A stretch of DNA of 64,000 nucleotides from Bifidobacteriaceae bacterium (GTDB taxonomy: Bacteria; Actinomycetota; Actinomycetes; Actinomycetales; WQXJ01): the NCBI GenBank assembly GCA_031272885.1, contig JAISSX010000018.1:47185-111184 (forward strand), given 5' to 3'. The notes below the pieces were generated by a model that had not been told where the DNA came from, did no database searches, and saw only the letters and a list, made by a program, of their open reading frames with translations. A program made the position numbers and the translations under genes. This document shows, one piece after another, positions 28,431 to 37,995 of this stretch (position 1 is its first letter; each line of letters starts with the position of its first letter).

Positions 28431-28497
28431 GTGGCCGGGCCTCCCCCGGCCCAGCTTGAGGCCCAGCTTGACGCCCTACTTGAGACCCGGCCCCCGC

Positions 28498-29019
28498 CTA
28501 AGCCGGCAGGCCGGCCGCTTCGCGCAGCGAGGCGACCGCCGCGTCCACCGCAGCACGCGCCTCACCATCCAGCTCCGGGACACCCTTGGGCAGGATCACC
28601 TGCACAAATGGTTCACCGTGGATTGGCCGGCGCAGGGCCACGCGGGCCGGCCCGCCGGGCATGGGCACAAACTGGACCGCCAGCACCGAGGATCGGATTT
28701 GCTCATCGATCACCTTGGTCAGGCGCTTGCCTGTGGGCGGAACGACAAACCGTCGCGGCGCGCGGGCCGGGTCCACGAACAGCAGTGTTACCGAACCAGT
28801 GTCCCGCCCAATCTTGGCTCGCTCGATGTCGGTCCACGGGATCGACTCGTCCGCCTCCTTGTCCGCCTCCCCGCCCGCCACCACCAGGTCCTCCTGCGTG
28901 GCAATCAACCACACCGACGGCCGCTCAAGCCAGGCAGCGGCCAGCACCTTGGCGCCGCGCGCCAAGCCAAGCCTGCCCAGCACCTCCCCCGGGACCCCAT
29001 CGCGCCGCGCAAACACCAT
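28498..29019 (-). CDS. Conserved hypothetical protein (173 aa)
   Basis: Clean ORF with an ATG start and balanced, non-shadow amino-acid composition. It rules out the N-terminal extension of the opposite-strand 1734-aa ORF. I recognise no motif. Confidence 0.6.
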   Translation of the reverse strand: MVFARRDGVPGEVLGRLGLARGAKVLAAAWLERPSVWLIATQEDLVVAGGEADKEADESIPWTDIERAKIGRDTGSVTLLFVDPARAPRRFVVPPTGKRLTKVIDEQIRSSVLAVQFVPMPGGPARVALRRPIHGEPFVQVILPKGVPELDGEARAAVDAAVASLREAAGLPA

Positions 29020-29177
29020 GGCTCAAACAGTATCGACCCAGAGCCCACGCACAAGGCCACACCTCAACCATTGAGGATTCATCCACATGGCGGACCAGGT
29101 CACACAATCGCAACGCAAATGCCGGTAACCTGGGGTTTCTGCCTCACACTCGATCCAGGCCCCCAGGGAGAGCCCAC

Positions 29178-32100
29178 ATGGCACAGGTCCCGCGCCCAAC
29201 CGGCCGCCGCCCCGACGGCAGCCGCCAGGTCGCCACCAGCCCGCGCCCCGGCACCCCCGGCACCCCCGGCCCCCAAGGCACCACCCCCGAAACCCCCACC
29301 CTCCGCCTCGGCATCGATGTGGGTTCCACCACGGTCAAGGCTGTTCTGCTCTCAGGCGACACCATCATTTTCGAGGCCTACCGCCGCCACAACGCCGAGA
29401 TCCGCATCGAGTTGGCGGCGCTCCTCAAGGACGTGGCCAAGGTCCGGCCCGATGGCGAAGCGCAGGTAGCGGTGACCGGCTCGGCCGGCCTGGGGGTGGC
29501 CTCCCAACTGGAACAGACCTTCGTCCAAGAGGTCATCGCCGAAACCACAGCCATCCAACGCCTGGACCCTGAAGCGGACGTCATCATCGAACTGGGTGGT
29601 GAGGACGCCAAGATCACCTACCTCAAACCCACCCCCGAACAGCGCATGAACGGCACCTGTGCCGGCGGCACCGGCGCGTTCATCGACCAGATGGCCACCC
29701 TGCTGCACACCGACGCAGCCGGGCTTGACAAACTGGCCGCTGGCTACCAGAACCTCTACCCCATCGCCAGCCGCTGCGGCGTCTTCGCCAAGTCTGACCT
29801 ACAGCCCCTCCTTAATGAAGGCGCCCCCCACGCGGACCTGGCCGCCTCGATCTTCCAGGCCGTCGCCACCCAGACCATTGCGGGCCTGGCCTGCGGTCGG
29901 CCTATCCAAGGCCGGGTGGTCTTCCTGGGCGGCCCGCTTCACTTCCTGCCCCAGTTGCGCCAGGCCTTCGCCCGCGCCTTGGAAGGCAAGCCAGTCGAAC
30001 TCGTCGCCCCAGACCGTGCCCAATTGATGGTCGCCCTGGGCGCCGCCTACCTCGCCACGGGCGAACCGACCTCGCTGGCCGTGTTGGCCGCCAAGACCGC
30101 CCACGCCGCCCACCGCGCGCCCGCCTTGGCCAGAGGCGAAGGCACCATGCGCCCCCTGTTCAAGGACGACCAGGAACGCGAGGAGTTCGACTTCCGCCAC
30201 GCCCAGGCGCACGTCGACATCGTCCCCATCGAAGAGGCCCACGGCGCCTGCTTCCTGGGCCTGGACGCCGGCTCCACCACCATCAAGTCCGTGGTGATTG
30301 ACGACCAGTGCCGCATTGTCCACTCCACCTACGCCCCCAACGGTGGCGACCCGGTGACGGCCGCCGCCGCCATCCTGACCGAAGTCCGCCAGCGCCTCCC
30401 AAGAGACGCCATCATCGCCCACTCCTGCGTCACCGGCTACGGCGAAGGCCTGATCAGGGCCGCCCTACACGTGGACCAGGCCGAAGTCGAAACGATGGCC
30501 CACTACCGGGCCGCCCAGTACCTGGACCCGGACGTCACGTCCGTGATCGACATCGGCGGCCAAGACATGAAATACCTGCGGGTGGGCGATGGCGTGATCG
30601 ACTCGATCAGCGTCAACGAGGCCTGCTCGTCCGGTTGCGGCAGCTTCCTGCAGACCTTCGCCCAAACCATGGGCCTGCCCATCGAAACCTTCGCCGAGGC
30701 CGCCCTGGCCGCCTACAACCCGGTTGACCTGGGCTCACGCTGCACGGTGTTCATGAACTCGTCCGTCAAGCAAGCCCAGAAGGACGGCGCCACGGTGGGC
30801 GACATCTCCGCCGGGCTGTCCTATTCCGTGGTCCGCAACGCCCTCTACAAGGTGATCAAGCTGCGGGACGCCGGCCAGTTGGGCGACCACGTGGTGGTGC
30901 AAGGCGGCACCTTCCTGAACGATGCCGTGCTGCGCGCCTTCGAACTGTTGACCGGCCTTGAGGTGGTGCGGCCCAACATCGCCGGCCTGATGGGCGCGTT
31001 TGGTGCCGCCCTGATTGCCCGCGCCCGCTTCACGCCCGGCCACCCCAGCCGCCTGCTGCCGCCGCTGGCCCTGCGCGAACTCAAGGTCACCACCCAGACC
31101 ACCACCTGCCAGCTTTGCCAAAACCACTGCCGCTGCACCATTTCGGCGTTTCCCGATGGCGGCCGGCACGTTTCCGGCAACCGTTGCGAACGCGGGGCGG
31201 ACAAGACGGTGGCCCGTTCCACCCTGCCCAACCTGTATGACTTCAAATACAAGCGCCTGTTCGCCTACCGCCGCCTGACCGCGGCCCAAGCCCACCGGGG
31301 CGACATCGGCATCCCGCGGGCCCTCAACATGTATGAGAACTACCCGCTGTGGTTCACCATCCTGACCAAGCTGGGCTTCCGGGTCATGATCTCCGGCCGG
31401 TCGGACCACGACCTGTTCGTCACCGGCATGGATTCGATCGCGTCGGAGAACATCTGCTACCCGGCCAAACTAGCCCACGGGCATATCGAGCAGTTGATCC
31501 AGCGGGGTATCACCACCATCTTCTACCCGTCGGTCTCCTACGAGCGTGAACTGGTCGATGGCGCCGACAACCACTTCAACTGCCCGGTGGTCACCTCGTA
31601 TCCGCAGGTCATCGCCGCCAACATCCCCGCCATCCGGGACGGCCGGGTGCGCCTGATCAAGCCGTTCCTCAACCTGGCGCTGCCGGACAAACTGGCCGAA
31701 CGGCTGGTGGAGGTCTTCAAGGACTGGCACGTCACCCTCGACGAAGCCAAGGCCGCGGTCGCCGCCGGCTACGAAGAACAAGAGCGCTACCACGCGGACG
31801 TGCGCGAAGCCGGGGCCGCCGCCCTCGACTACATGAAACGCACCGGCACCCGCGGCATCGTGCTGGCCGGCCGGCCCTACCACGTTGACCCGGAGGTCCA
31901 CCACGGCATCCCCGAGCTGATCACCTCGCTGGGCATGGTGGTGCTGTCCGAGGACGCCATCGACCACCTGGGTAGTGTCGACCGGCCGCTGCGGGTGCGC
32001 GACCAGTGGGCCTACCACTCGCGGCTCTACGCCGCGGCCGATGCCGCCACCACCATCGACGGCCTGGAAGTGGTGCAGCTCAACTCGTTCGGCTGCGGCC

Positions 32101-33635
32101 TGGACGCCATCACCACCGACCAGGTGGCGGACATCCTCAAGGCCAAAGGCCAGGTCTACACCCAGCTCAAGATCGACGAAGTGTCCAACCTGGGGGCCGC
32201 CCGCATCCGCCTGCGCTCCCTGGCGGCGGCGGCGGCAGAACGCACGCCGCGCGCCATCGACCACTCCTACACCGCCCAACGGGTCGCCTTCACAGCCGAG
32301 ATGCGGGCCAAACACACCATCGTGGCGCCGCAGATGTCGCCCGTGCACTTCCGGTTGATGGAGGCCGCCATGCGCGGCTCCGGCTACCAGGTGGAGGTGC
32401 TGGAAACCGCCACCAAGGACGATGTCGAGTTGGGCCTTAGGCACGTCAACAACGATTCGTGCTTCCCCGCCATCATGGTGGTGGGCCAACTGGTCAACGC
32501 CTTCGTGGACGGGCGCTACGACCCGGACCAGACCTCGGTCATGATCACCCAGACCGGCGGCATGTGCCGGGCCACCAACTACACCTCGCTGCTACGCAAG
32601 GCCTTGGCCGAGGCCGGCTATCCGCAGGTGCCGGTGGTGGCCATCTCCACCCAGGGGCTGGAATCCAACCCTGGCTTCAAGCTGACGGCCGGCCTGGTCC
32701 ACAAACTGACCCAGGCCGTGGTGTTCGGCGACCTGCTGCAGGCGCTGCTGCTGCGGCAACGGCCCTACGAGGCCCAACCCGGCTCGGCCGTGGCGCTGTA
32801 CCGGCGCTGGAACGCCATCGGGCGGGAATACCTGATGGAACCCACCCACTACTCGGAGACGCTGGGCCGGCGTATCCGCTACCGGCAGGTGATCCGCCGG
32901 GCGGTGCGGGAGTTCGACCGGCTGCCGGTGCTGGACGTGCCGCGCAAGCCGCGCGTGGGCGTGGTGGGCGAGATCCTGGTCAAGTTCCACCCGGACGCCA
33001 ACAACCATGTGGTGGACGTGATTGAGGCCGAGGGCCACGAGGCCGTGGTGCCCGGGCTGATGGAGTTTGTGGCCAACGGCATGTACGCCGCCCAATGGAA
33101 CTACGCCAACCTGGGCACCGAGAAGCGAACTCGGCACGCCAAGCGGGTGGCCCGGTGGGCGCTGGAGCGCTACCGGGGGCCGGTGCGGCGGGCGCTGCGG
33201 CGGGCCCGCACCGACTTCCCCCGGCCCGGCAACCTGCCGCAAATGGTGCGCGAGGCCTCCGAAGTGGTGTCCCTGGGCAACCAGGCCGGTGAAGGCTGGC
33301 TGCTGACGGCCGAGATCCTAGAACTGATCGGCAACGGCGTCTACAAGATTATCTGCGCCCAGCCGTTCGCCTGCCTGCCCAACCACGTCACCGGCCGCGG
33401 CATGTTCCGCGAACTGCGCCGCCTGCACCCGGAGGCGTCGATCGTGTCGATCGACTACGACCCGGGCGCCTCCGAGGTCAACCAGTTGAACCGCATCAAG
33501 TTGCTGCTGGCCGGCGCCGGTGGGGCTGGGTCTGGTTCGGCCGCCGGGGCTGCGACGCCGTTACCGGCGGCCGCGGCAGCGGCTGGCGGCGCGTCATCGG
33601 CCGTGCCCGATGCCGCCCCCGCCGGCGTGGCATGA
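29178..33635 (+). CDS. Giant fusion: two BcrAD/BadFG-type (2-hydroxyacyl-CoA dehydratase activase-like) ATPase domains plus DUF2229/HgdB-like dehydratase-related domains (~1485 aa)
   Basis: GGGAGAG ribosome-binding site, then ATG at 29178. Two actin-fold activase modules: GIDVGSTTVKAVLL...ELGGEDAKI...GTCAGGTGAFIDQ, and GLDAGSTTIKSVVI...DIGGQDMKY...NEACSSGCGSFLQ. A Cys cluster CQLCQNHCRC...GNRCERG follows. Then IGIPRALNMYENYPLWFTIL...ICYPAKLAHGHI and a second dehydratase-like half (MCRATNY...ILVKFHP...QPFACLPNHVTG). Confidence 0.85.
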   Translation: MAQVPRPTGRRPDGSRQVATSPRPGTPGTPGPQGTTPETPTLRLGIDVGSTTVKAVLLSGDTIIFEAYRRHNAEIRIELAALLKDVAKVRPDGEAQVAVTGSAGLGVASQLEQTFVQEVIAETTAIQRLDPEADVIIELGGEDAKITYLKPTPEQRMNGTCAGGTGAFIDQMATLLHTDAAGLDKLAAGYQNLYPIASRCGVFAKSDLQPLLNEGAPHADLAASIFQAVATQTIAGLACGRPIQGRVVFLGGPLHFLPQLRQAFARALEGKPVELVAPDRAQLMVALGAAYLATGEPTSLAVLAAKTAHAAHRAPALARGEGTMRPLFKDDQEREEFDFRHAQAHVDIVPIEEAHGACFLGLDAGSTTIKSVVIDDQCRIVHSTYAPNGGDPVTAAAAILTEVRQRLPRDAIIAHSCVTGYGEGLIRAALHVDQAEVETMAHYRAAQYLDPDVTSVIDIGGQDMKYLRVGDGVIDSISVNEACSSGCGSFLQTFAQTMGLPIETFAEAALAAYNPVDLGSRCTVFMNSSVKQAQKDGATVGDISAGLSYSVVRNALYKVIKLRDAGQLGDHVVVQGGTFLNDAVLRAFELLTGLEVVRPNIAGLMGAFGAALIARARFTPGHPSRLLPPLALRELKVTTQTTTCQLCQNHCRCTISAFPDGGRHVSGNRCERGADKTVARSTLPNLYDFKYKRLFAYRRLTAAQAHRGDIGIPRALNMYENYPLWFTILTKLGFRVMISGRSDHDLFVTGMDSIASENICYPAKLAHGHIEQLIQRGITTIFYPSVSYERELVDGADNHFNCPVVTSYPQVIAANIPAIRDGRVRLIKPFLNLALPDKLAERLVEVFKDWHVTLDEAKAAVAAGYEEQERYHADVREAGAAALDYMKRTGTRGIVLAGRPYHVDPEVHHGIPELITSLGMVVLSEDAIDHLGSVDRPLRVRDQWAYHSRLYAAADAATTIDGLEVVQLNSFGCGLDAITTDQVADILKAKGQVYTQLKIDEVSNLGAARIRLRSLAAAAAERTPRAIDHSYTAQRVAFTAEMRAKHTIVAPQMSPVHFRLMEAAMRGSGYQVEVLETATKDDVELGLRHVNNDSCFPAIMVVGQLVNAFVDGRYDPDQTSVMITQTGGMCRATNYTSLLRKALAEAGYPQVPVVAISTQGLESNPGFKLTAGLVHKLTQAVVFGDLLQALLLRQRPYEAQPGSAVALYRRWNAIGREYLMEPTHYSETLGRRIRYRQVIRRAVREFDRLPVLDVPRKPRVGVVGEILVKFHPDANNHVVDVIEAEGHEAVVPGLMEFVANGMYAAQWNYANLGTEKRTRHAKRVARWALERYRGPVRRALRRARTDFPRPGNLPQMVREASEVVSLGNQAGEGWLLTAEILELIGNGVYKIICAQPFACLPNHVTGRGMFRELRRLHPEASIVSIDYDPGASEVNQLNRIKLLLAGAGGAGSGSAAGAATPLPAAAAAAGGASSAVPDAAPAGVA

Positions 33636-33642
33636 TGCTCTG

Positions 33643-34623
33643 GTGCCTGTGAACCAGCCCCACGTTGACCCGCGCCGCCTGCGCGGCAACTTGCTGCTGC
33701 TGTTGGCGGCCGCACTGTGGGGTTTCGCGTTCGTGGCCCAAAAACACGGCGCCGAACACATGGGACCGTTCTCCTTCAGCTCGGTGCGTTTCGCCATGGG
33801 CGGGTTGTTGCTGGTAGGCGTCATCGTGGTCCTGGACCGGGTGCGCCACCGGCCGGCCGCCAAGCGCCGGGCGGCTACGCGGGCGGTGTTGGTGCCGGGC
33901 GGCATCTGCGGCCTGTTCCTGGCCGCCGCGGTGGTGGCGCAGCAGGCCGCCCTGTCATACACATCCGTGGGCAACGCCGCCTTCATCACCGGCCTCTACA
34001 TGGTGCTGGTACCGGTGTTGGGCGCTTTTCGCGGCACCAGGATCAGCCTGTTCACCGTGTTGGGTGTGGTCCTGTGCGTACCGGGGCTGTATCTGATCGC
34101 GGTGACCGAAGGCTTCACCATCGGCCGCGGCGACGCCCTGCTGCTGGCAGCGGCCCTACTGTTCGCCATCCAGATCCTGATCGTGGACCACTACGCGCCG
34201 CGGCTTAGCGCGCTGCGGTTCTCGTCGGCCCAGTTTCTCTCCTGCGCGGTCTGCGCCGGAGTAGCCGGACTGTTCCTCGACGCCCACCCGTACGGTGGCA
34301 TGCGTGAATCCGTCATACCGCTGCTCTACGGCGGTTTCATCTCGGTCGGCATCGCCTACACGCTGCAGGTGTTCGGCCAGCGTGACGCCCTGGCCGCCCA
34401 CGCCGCCTTGATCATGTCGATGGAGACCGTCTTCGGCGCCCTGGGCGGAGCGTTGCTGCTGCACGAGAACATGGGCCTGCGCGGCTACAGCGGCGCGGCC
34501 CTGATGATCCTGGGAATCGTCGCCTCTCAGTTGGACTCGCTGCGCAAGCCGGCCCCCGCGGACCCTGCGGACCCTGCGGACCCCGCGGCGTCCGCGGCGC
34601 CCGCGGCCCCAACAGGGCCGTAG
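33643..34623 (+). CDS. EamA/DMT-family transporter (start uncertain: GTG at 33643 or 33649)
   Basis: About 10 hydrophobic helices with two EamA-like halves (LLLLLAAALWGFAFVAQK... and LLLAAALLFAIQILIVD...). The longest ORF start (33520) would overlap the preceding gene by 116 nt. Confidence 0.8.
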   Translation: MPVNQPHVDPRRLRGNLLLLLAAALWGFAFVAQKHGAEHMGPFSFSSVRFAMGGLLLVGVIVVLDRVRHRPAAKRRAATRAVLVPGGICGLFLAAAVVAQQAALSYTSVGNAAFITGLYMVLVPVLGAFRGTRISLFTVLGVVLCVPGLYLIAVTEGFTIGRGDALLLAAALLFAIQILIVDHYAPRLSALRFSSAQFLSCAVCAGVAGLFLDAHPYGGMRESVIPLLYGGFISVGIAYTLQVFGQRDALAAHAALIMSMETVFGALGGALLLHENMGLRGYSGAALMILGIVASQLDSLRKPAPADPADPADPAASAAPAAPTGP

Positions 34624-34632
34624 AATTCGGGC

Positions 34633-34908
34633 ATGGCGGAACAACGGATTCAGATCAAACTGCCGCAAGAAAAGGCCGGCGGCGTTTACGCCGATTTTGT
34701 CCGCGCCTGGCACACCCAAGATGCCTTCGTCTTGGACTTCTCCACCCTGACCGATCCGCCCCACCAGCAGGACGGCGCCGTGGTGCTGGACGCCACCGTG
34801 GTGTCCCGCGTGCGCATCCCCCCAGGTCAGGTGTTCGAGCTGATGAAGGCCCTAGAGGTTCAGTTGACCGCCTGGGAGAAGGAAAACCCCGCCAAGCGCA
34901 ACGGCTAA
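34633..34908 (+). CDS. DUF3467-family small protein
   Basis: IKLPQEKAGGVYADFVRAWHTQDAFVLDFSTL...VVSRVRIPPGQVFELMKAL is the characteristic DUF3467 pattern. Confidence 0.75.
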   Translation: MAEQRIQIKLPQEKAGGVYADFVRAWHTQDAFVLDFSTLTDPPHQQDGAVVLDATVVSRVRIPPGQVFELMKALEVQLTAWEKENPAKRNG

Positions 34909-34933
34909 CTACCCGGGCCAGTAGGCTTGGGCA

Positions 34934-35890
34934 ATGGGATTCTTCAAGCGACAGAACAAGAACCAGGGCCTCAGCGAGTCTCCGCTGGACGGCTTCAGCC
35001 CCAGTGACTACCGCTTCCTCCTGGACCAGGTCAGCGCCGCCCTCCAGGCCGCCGGTTCCAGGGTGGTCCAAGTGACCGATGACGGCACCGGCGTGATCGA
35101 TGACCAAGGCATGATCTACGGCCTGTGGAACCTGTCGGTCCGCCTGCGTGGCACCGACCGGCAGGGGTGGCGCGCCGCCATCGACGAGTTCTTGGCCATG
35201 CGGCCCGAAAACCTGGATGACCCGCTCAGCGGCGAAGACCTGAAGAAGGTGGCCTTGCCTAGGCTCACCCCGGAAGGCGAAGCTTGGGGCGAAGCGCCGC
35301 CCTGGGCCCGCCCGGCCGCCCCCGGCCTGAACTACCTGCTCGCCATCGACAAGCCCAACATGGTGGTAACCGAAACGGCGACAGACCTGTTCACCCGCTA
35401 CGGCGCCACCGATGAGGACTGGCGCGGCCCCGGCGGCGCCTACTGGGAGGCCGCCAAAGCCAACCTGCGCGCCTTCGGCCAGGTGCAACACTTCGCCGAG
35501 CCAGCCGGCGATGACGGCGCCGTGATCCACGCCTTCGACGGTGACGACTTCTTCATCGCCAGCCGCCTGGCCATCCTGGACGAACTGATGCGGGACGCCG
35601 GCGTGCAGGAACACGGCCTGGGCCTGTACGTGGCGGTGCCCACGCACCAGACCCTGTGGGTGCTGGTGGTGGAAGGCCCCAACTGGATGAACGGCGCCCA
35701 AAAGCTGGCCGCCGCCGCCATCCGCACCTTCCAGGGCGAACAGGGCGCCCTCTCCCCCTGGCTGTTCTACCGGCCCGATGGCGAGGAGCAGCTTGTCCAG
35801 GTCACCATGCCCAGGGAAGGCGAGCAGAACAGCCTGGACTTCAAGGTGCCCGGCCCGCTGCGCCACACGGTGCCCGGCCTGGGCAGCTAG
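34934..35890 (+). CDS. Hypothetical cytoplasmic protein (318 aa)
   Basis: ATG start and balanced acidic composition. The opposite-strand 403-aa ORF is an Arg/Gly/Pro shadow. No motif recognised. Confidence 0.6.
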   Translation: MGFFKRQNKNQGLSESPLDGFSPSDYRFLLDQVSAALQAAGSRVVQVTDDGTGVIDDQGMIYGLWNLSVRLRGTDRQGWRAAIDEFLAMRPENLDDPLSGEDLKKVALPRLTPEGEAWGEAPPWARPAAPGLNYLLAIDKPNMVVTETATDLFTRYGATDEDWRGPGGAYWEAAKANLRAFGQVQHFAEPAGDDGAVIHAFDGDDFFIASRLAILDELMRDAGVQEHGLGLYVAVPTHQTLWVLVVEGPNWMNGAQKLAAAAIRTFQGEQGALSPWLFYRPDGEEQLVQVTMPREGEQNSLDFKVPGPLRHTVPGLGS

Positions 35891-35966
35891 CGCTCGCCAC
35901 CAACCAGACGCCCCGGCGGCCGATGGCGCGTCACCAGCGGCCGGACCACGCCGGCCACAGCCGCCC

Positions 35967-37985
35967 TCACTCGCCGCGGTATTCGGCCTTGATTTCGCCG
36001 CGGCGTTCCACCAGCGCCTGGTGTTGCGCCAGCAGCGCCTGGTGCGCCTCGGGCGAGGTGTCCGCGTCCATGCGCCCCAGCTTGGCCGTCAGCTCGGCCA
36101 GTTGGCGGGTCACGGCCAGTTCCAACAGGCCGCCGATGACGCCCCGCACGTAGGTCTCTTCCTGCCCCTCGCTCAGGGGTAGGGCTTCGACCGCCAGTGA
36201 CGTCACCATGCCCTGTACCGGCCCGGCCGCGAAGTCACGCACCTGCGCCACCCAGGCCGCGGCATCGGCCCTGGCTGCCCTAACTCCCCCGGCCGCCCGC
36301 ACGGCGTCATGCACCGCCCGCAGCCACGGCACCTGGAAGGTGTTGCCGTCCAGGTCATCGAACTCGGCTGGGGCCAGGTGCGGGTATTGCAGCACGGCCG
36401 CCAGCACTTGGCGTTCGGTCTGCACCACCTGGTCTTCCGACGAGACGACGGCCGCCCCAGCCCGGGCGGGCCTAGCGCCCGGCCGCGCCACCGGCCGCAC
36501 CGCACCAGGGCCCGCTCCCCCGCCGGCGGGCACCTCGCCGCCGGGCCCAGCCCCCGCAGCGCCGGCACCGGCCGCCAAGCCGCCCTCAGGCCCAGCACCC
36601 CGCCCCCGGCGGTTCCGGGCCGCCCGCACCGCCCGGCGCACGTCCCCCTCGTTCAGACCCACCCAACCGGCCAACAGCCGGGTGTAGTCGCCCCGCAGGG
36701 CGTCGTCGCGGATGCCCGCCACCATGGGTGCGGCCGCCCTGAGGCCCGTCACCCGGCCCTCGGCCGTGTCCAGGTCAACCGACGCCAACACCTGCTGGAT
36801 GGCGAACTTGAACATGGGCCGGGCCTGCTTCACCAGGTCAACCAGGGCCGCCTCGCCCTGTTCCTGCCACAGCTCGCACGGGTCCATGCCGCCCGGCGCC
36901 ACCGCCACGAAGGTCTGGGCGTAGAACCGCTGGTCCTCCGCGAAGGCCCGCATGGCGGCCTTCTGCCCGGCCGCGTCACCGTCGAAGGTGAACACGACCC
37001 GCCCGCCCATCACCCCGCCATCGGACATCTGTACCCCGGTGGACGGGTCCGCGTGGTCTCCCAGCAGCCGCCGCACCACCCGCACGTGGTCCGCCCCGAA
37101 GGCCGTGCCGCAGGTGGCGACGGCCTGTTCCACCCCGGACAGGTGCATCGCCATGACGTCCGTGTAGCCCTCTACCACCACCACTTCACGTTCGCGGGCG
37201 ATGGCGCGTTTGGCCAGGTCAACGCCGTACAACAACTGTGACTTGCGGTACAAGGAGGTCTCGGGCGTGTTGAGGTACTTGGGCCCCTGGTCATCCTCCA
37301 GCAGGCGCCGGGCGCCGAAGCCAACCACCGAACCGGTCAGGTCCCGGATGGGCCACATCAGCCGGCCGCGGAAGCGGTCATAGACTCCCCGCTGGCCCTG
37401 GGTGACCAGCCCGGCCGCCATCAGTTCAGCATCGGTGAAGGCCCGGCCGCGCAGGTGGCGCAGCAGCCCGTCCCAGCCCTGCGGCGCGTAGCCCACGCCG
37501 AAGCGGTCCGCCGCCACCCGGTCGAAGCCGCGCGAACGCAGGAAGTCCCGCCCCGCCCGGGCTTCCGGCCCGGCCAGTTGCTCCAGGAAATACTCCGCCG
37601 CCAGCCGGTTGGCCTCCACCAACCGGGACCGCGACGGCCCCTCATCGCCCGCGCCGCCGCGACCCTGCCCGCCGGCCACCTCTTCGTAGCGCAACTGAAT
37701 ACCGGTGCGCCCGGCCAGGTATTCCACCGCCTCTTGGAAACCCAGCGAATCGGCCTTCATCAGGAAGGCGATGGTGTCCCCGCCCTCGCCGCAGCCGAAA
37801 CAGTGCCACAGCCCCAGTTGGGGGCGGACGTGAAACGACGGCGTGCGCTCGTCATGGAACGGGCACAGGCCCTTCATGGACCCCACGCCGGCCTGTTTCA
37901 AGGCAACGCGTTCACCGACAATCTGCTCGATGCGCGCCGCCGCGCGCACCGCCTCTACGTCTTCGCGTTTGATCCGTCCCGGCAC
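35967..37985 (-). CDS. dnaG: DNA primase (longest ORF extends to GTG at 38033)
   Basis: Zinc-ribbon CPFHDERTPSFHVRPQLGLWHCFGCGEGGD and TOPRIM EVVVVEGYTDVMA...TFDGDAAGQKA. Starting at 37985 gives the typical N-terminus (V)PGRIKREDVEAVRAAARIEQIV and avoids overlap with dgt. A ~55-aa Gly/Ala/Pro low-complexity insert lies around 36455-36620. Confidence 0.93.
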   Translation of the reverse strand: MPGRIKREDVEAVRAAARIEQIVGERVALKQAGVGSMKGLCPFHDERTPSFHVRPQLGLWHCFGCGEGGDTIAFLMKADSLGFQEAVEYLAGRTGIQLRYEEVAGGQGRGGAGDEGPSRSRLVEANRLAAEYFLEQLAGPEARAGRDFLRSRGFDRVAADRFGVGYAPQGWDGLLRHLRGRAFTDAELMAAGLVTQGQRGVYDRFRGRLMWPIRDLTGSVVGFGARRLLEDDQGPKYLNTPETSLYRKSQLLYGVDLAKRAIAREREVVVVEGYTDVMAMHLSGVEQAVATCGTAFGADHVRVVRRLLGDHADPSTGVQMSDGGVMGGRVVFTFDGDAAGQKAAMRAFAEDQRFYAQTFVAVAPGGMDPCELWQEQGEAALVDLVKQARPMFKFAIQQVLASVDLDTAEGRVTGLRAAAPMVAGIRDDALRGDYTRLLAGWVGLNEGDVRRAVRAARNRRGRGAGPEGGLAAGAGAAGAGPGGEVPAGGGAGPGAVRPVARPGARPARAGAAVVSSEDQVVQTERQVLAAVLQYPHLAPAEFDDLDGNTFQVPWLRAVHDAVRAAGGVRAARADAAAWVAQVRDFAAGPVQGMVTSLAVEALPLSEGQEETYVRGVIGGLLELAVTRQLAELTAKLGRMDADTSPEAHQALLAQHQALVERRGEIKAEYRGE

Positions 37986-37995
37986 AGCAATAAGC

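Noticed and set aside
28431-29177. N-terminal 249 codons of the 1734-aa ORF (28431-33635)
   Set aside because: The translation is Pro/Arg/Ala-rich shadow sequence. It fully overlaps a better ORF on the opposite strand (28498-29019) and runs into the tRNA promoter region. An ATG at 29178 with a GGGAGAG ribosome-binding site precedes the first recognisable activase motif.
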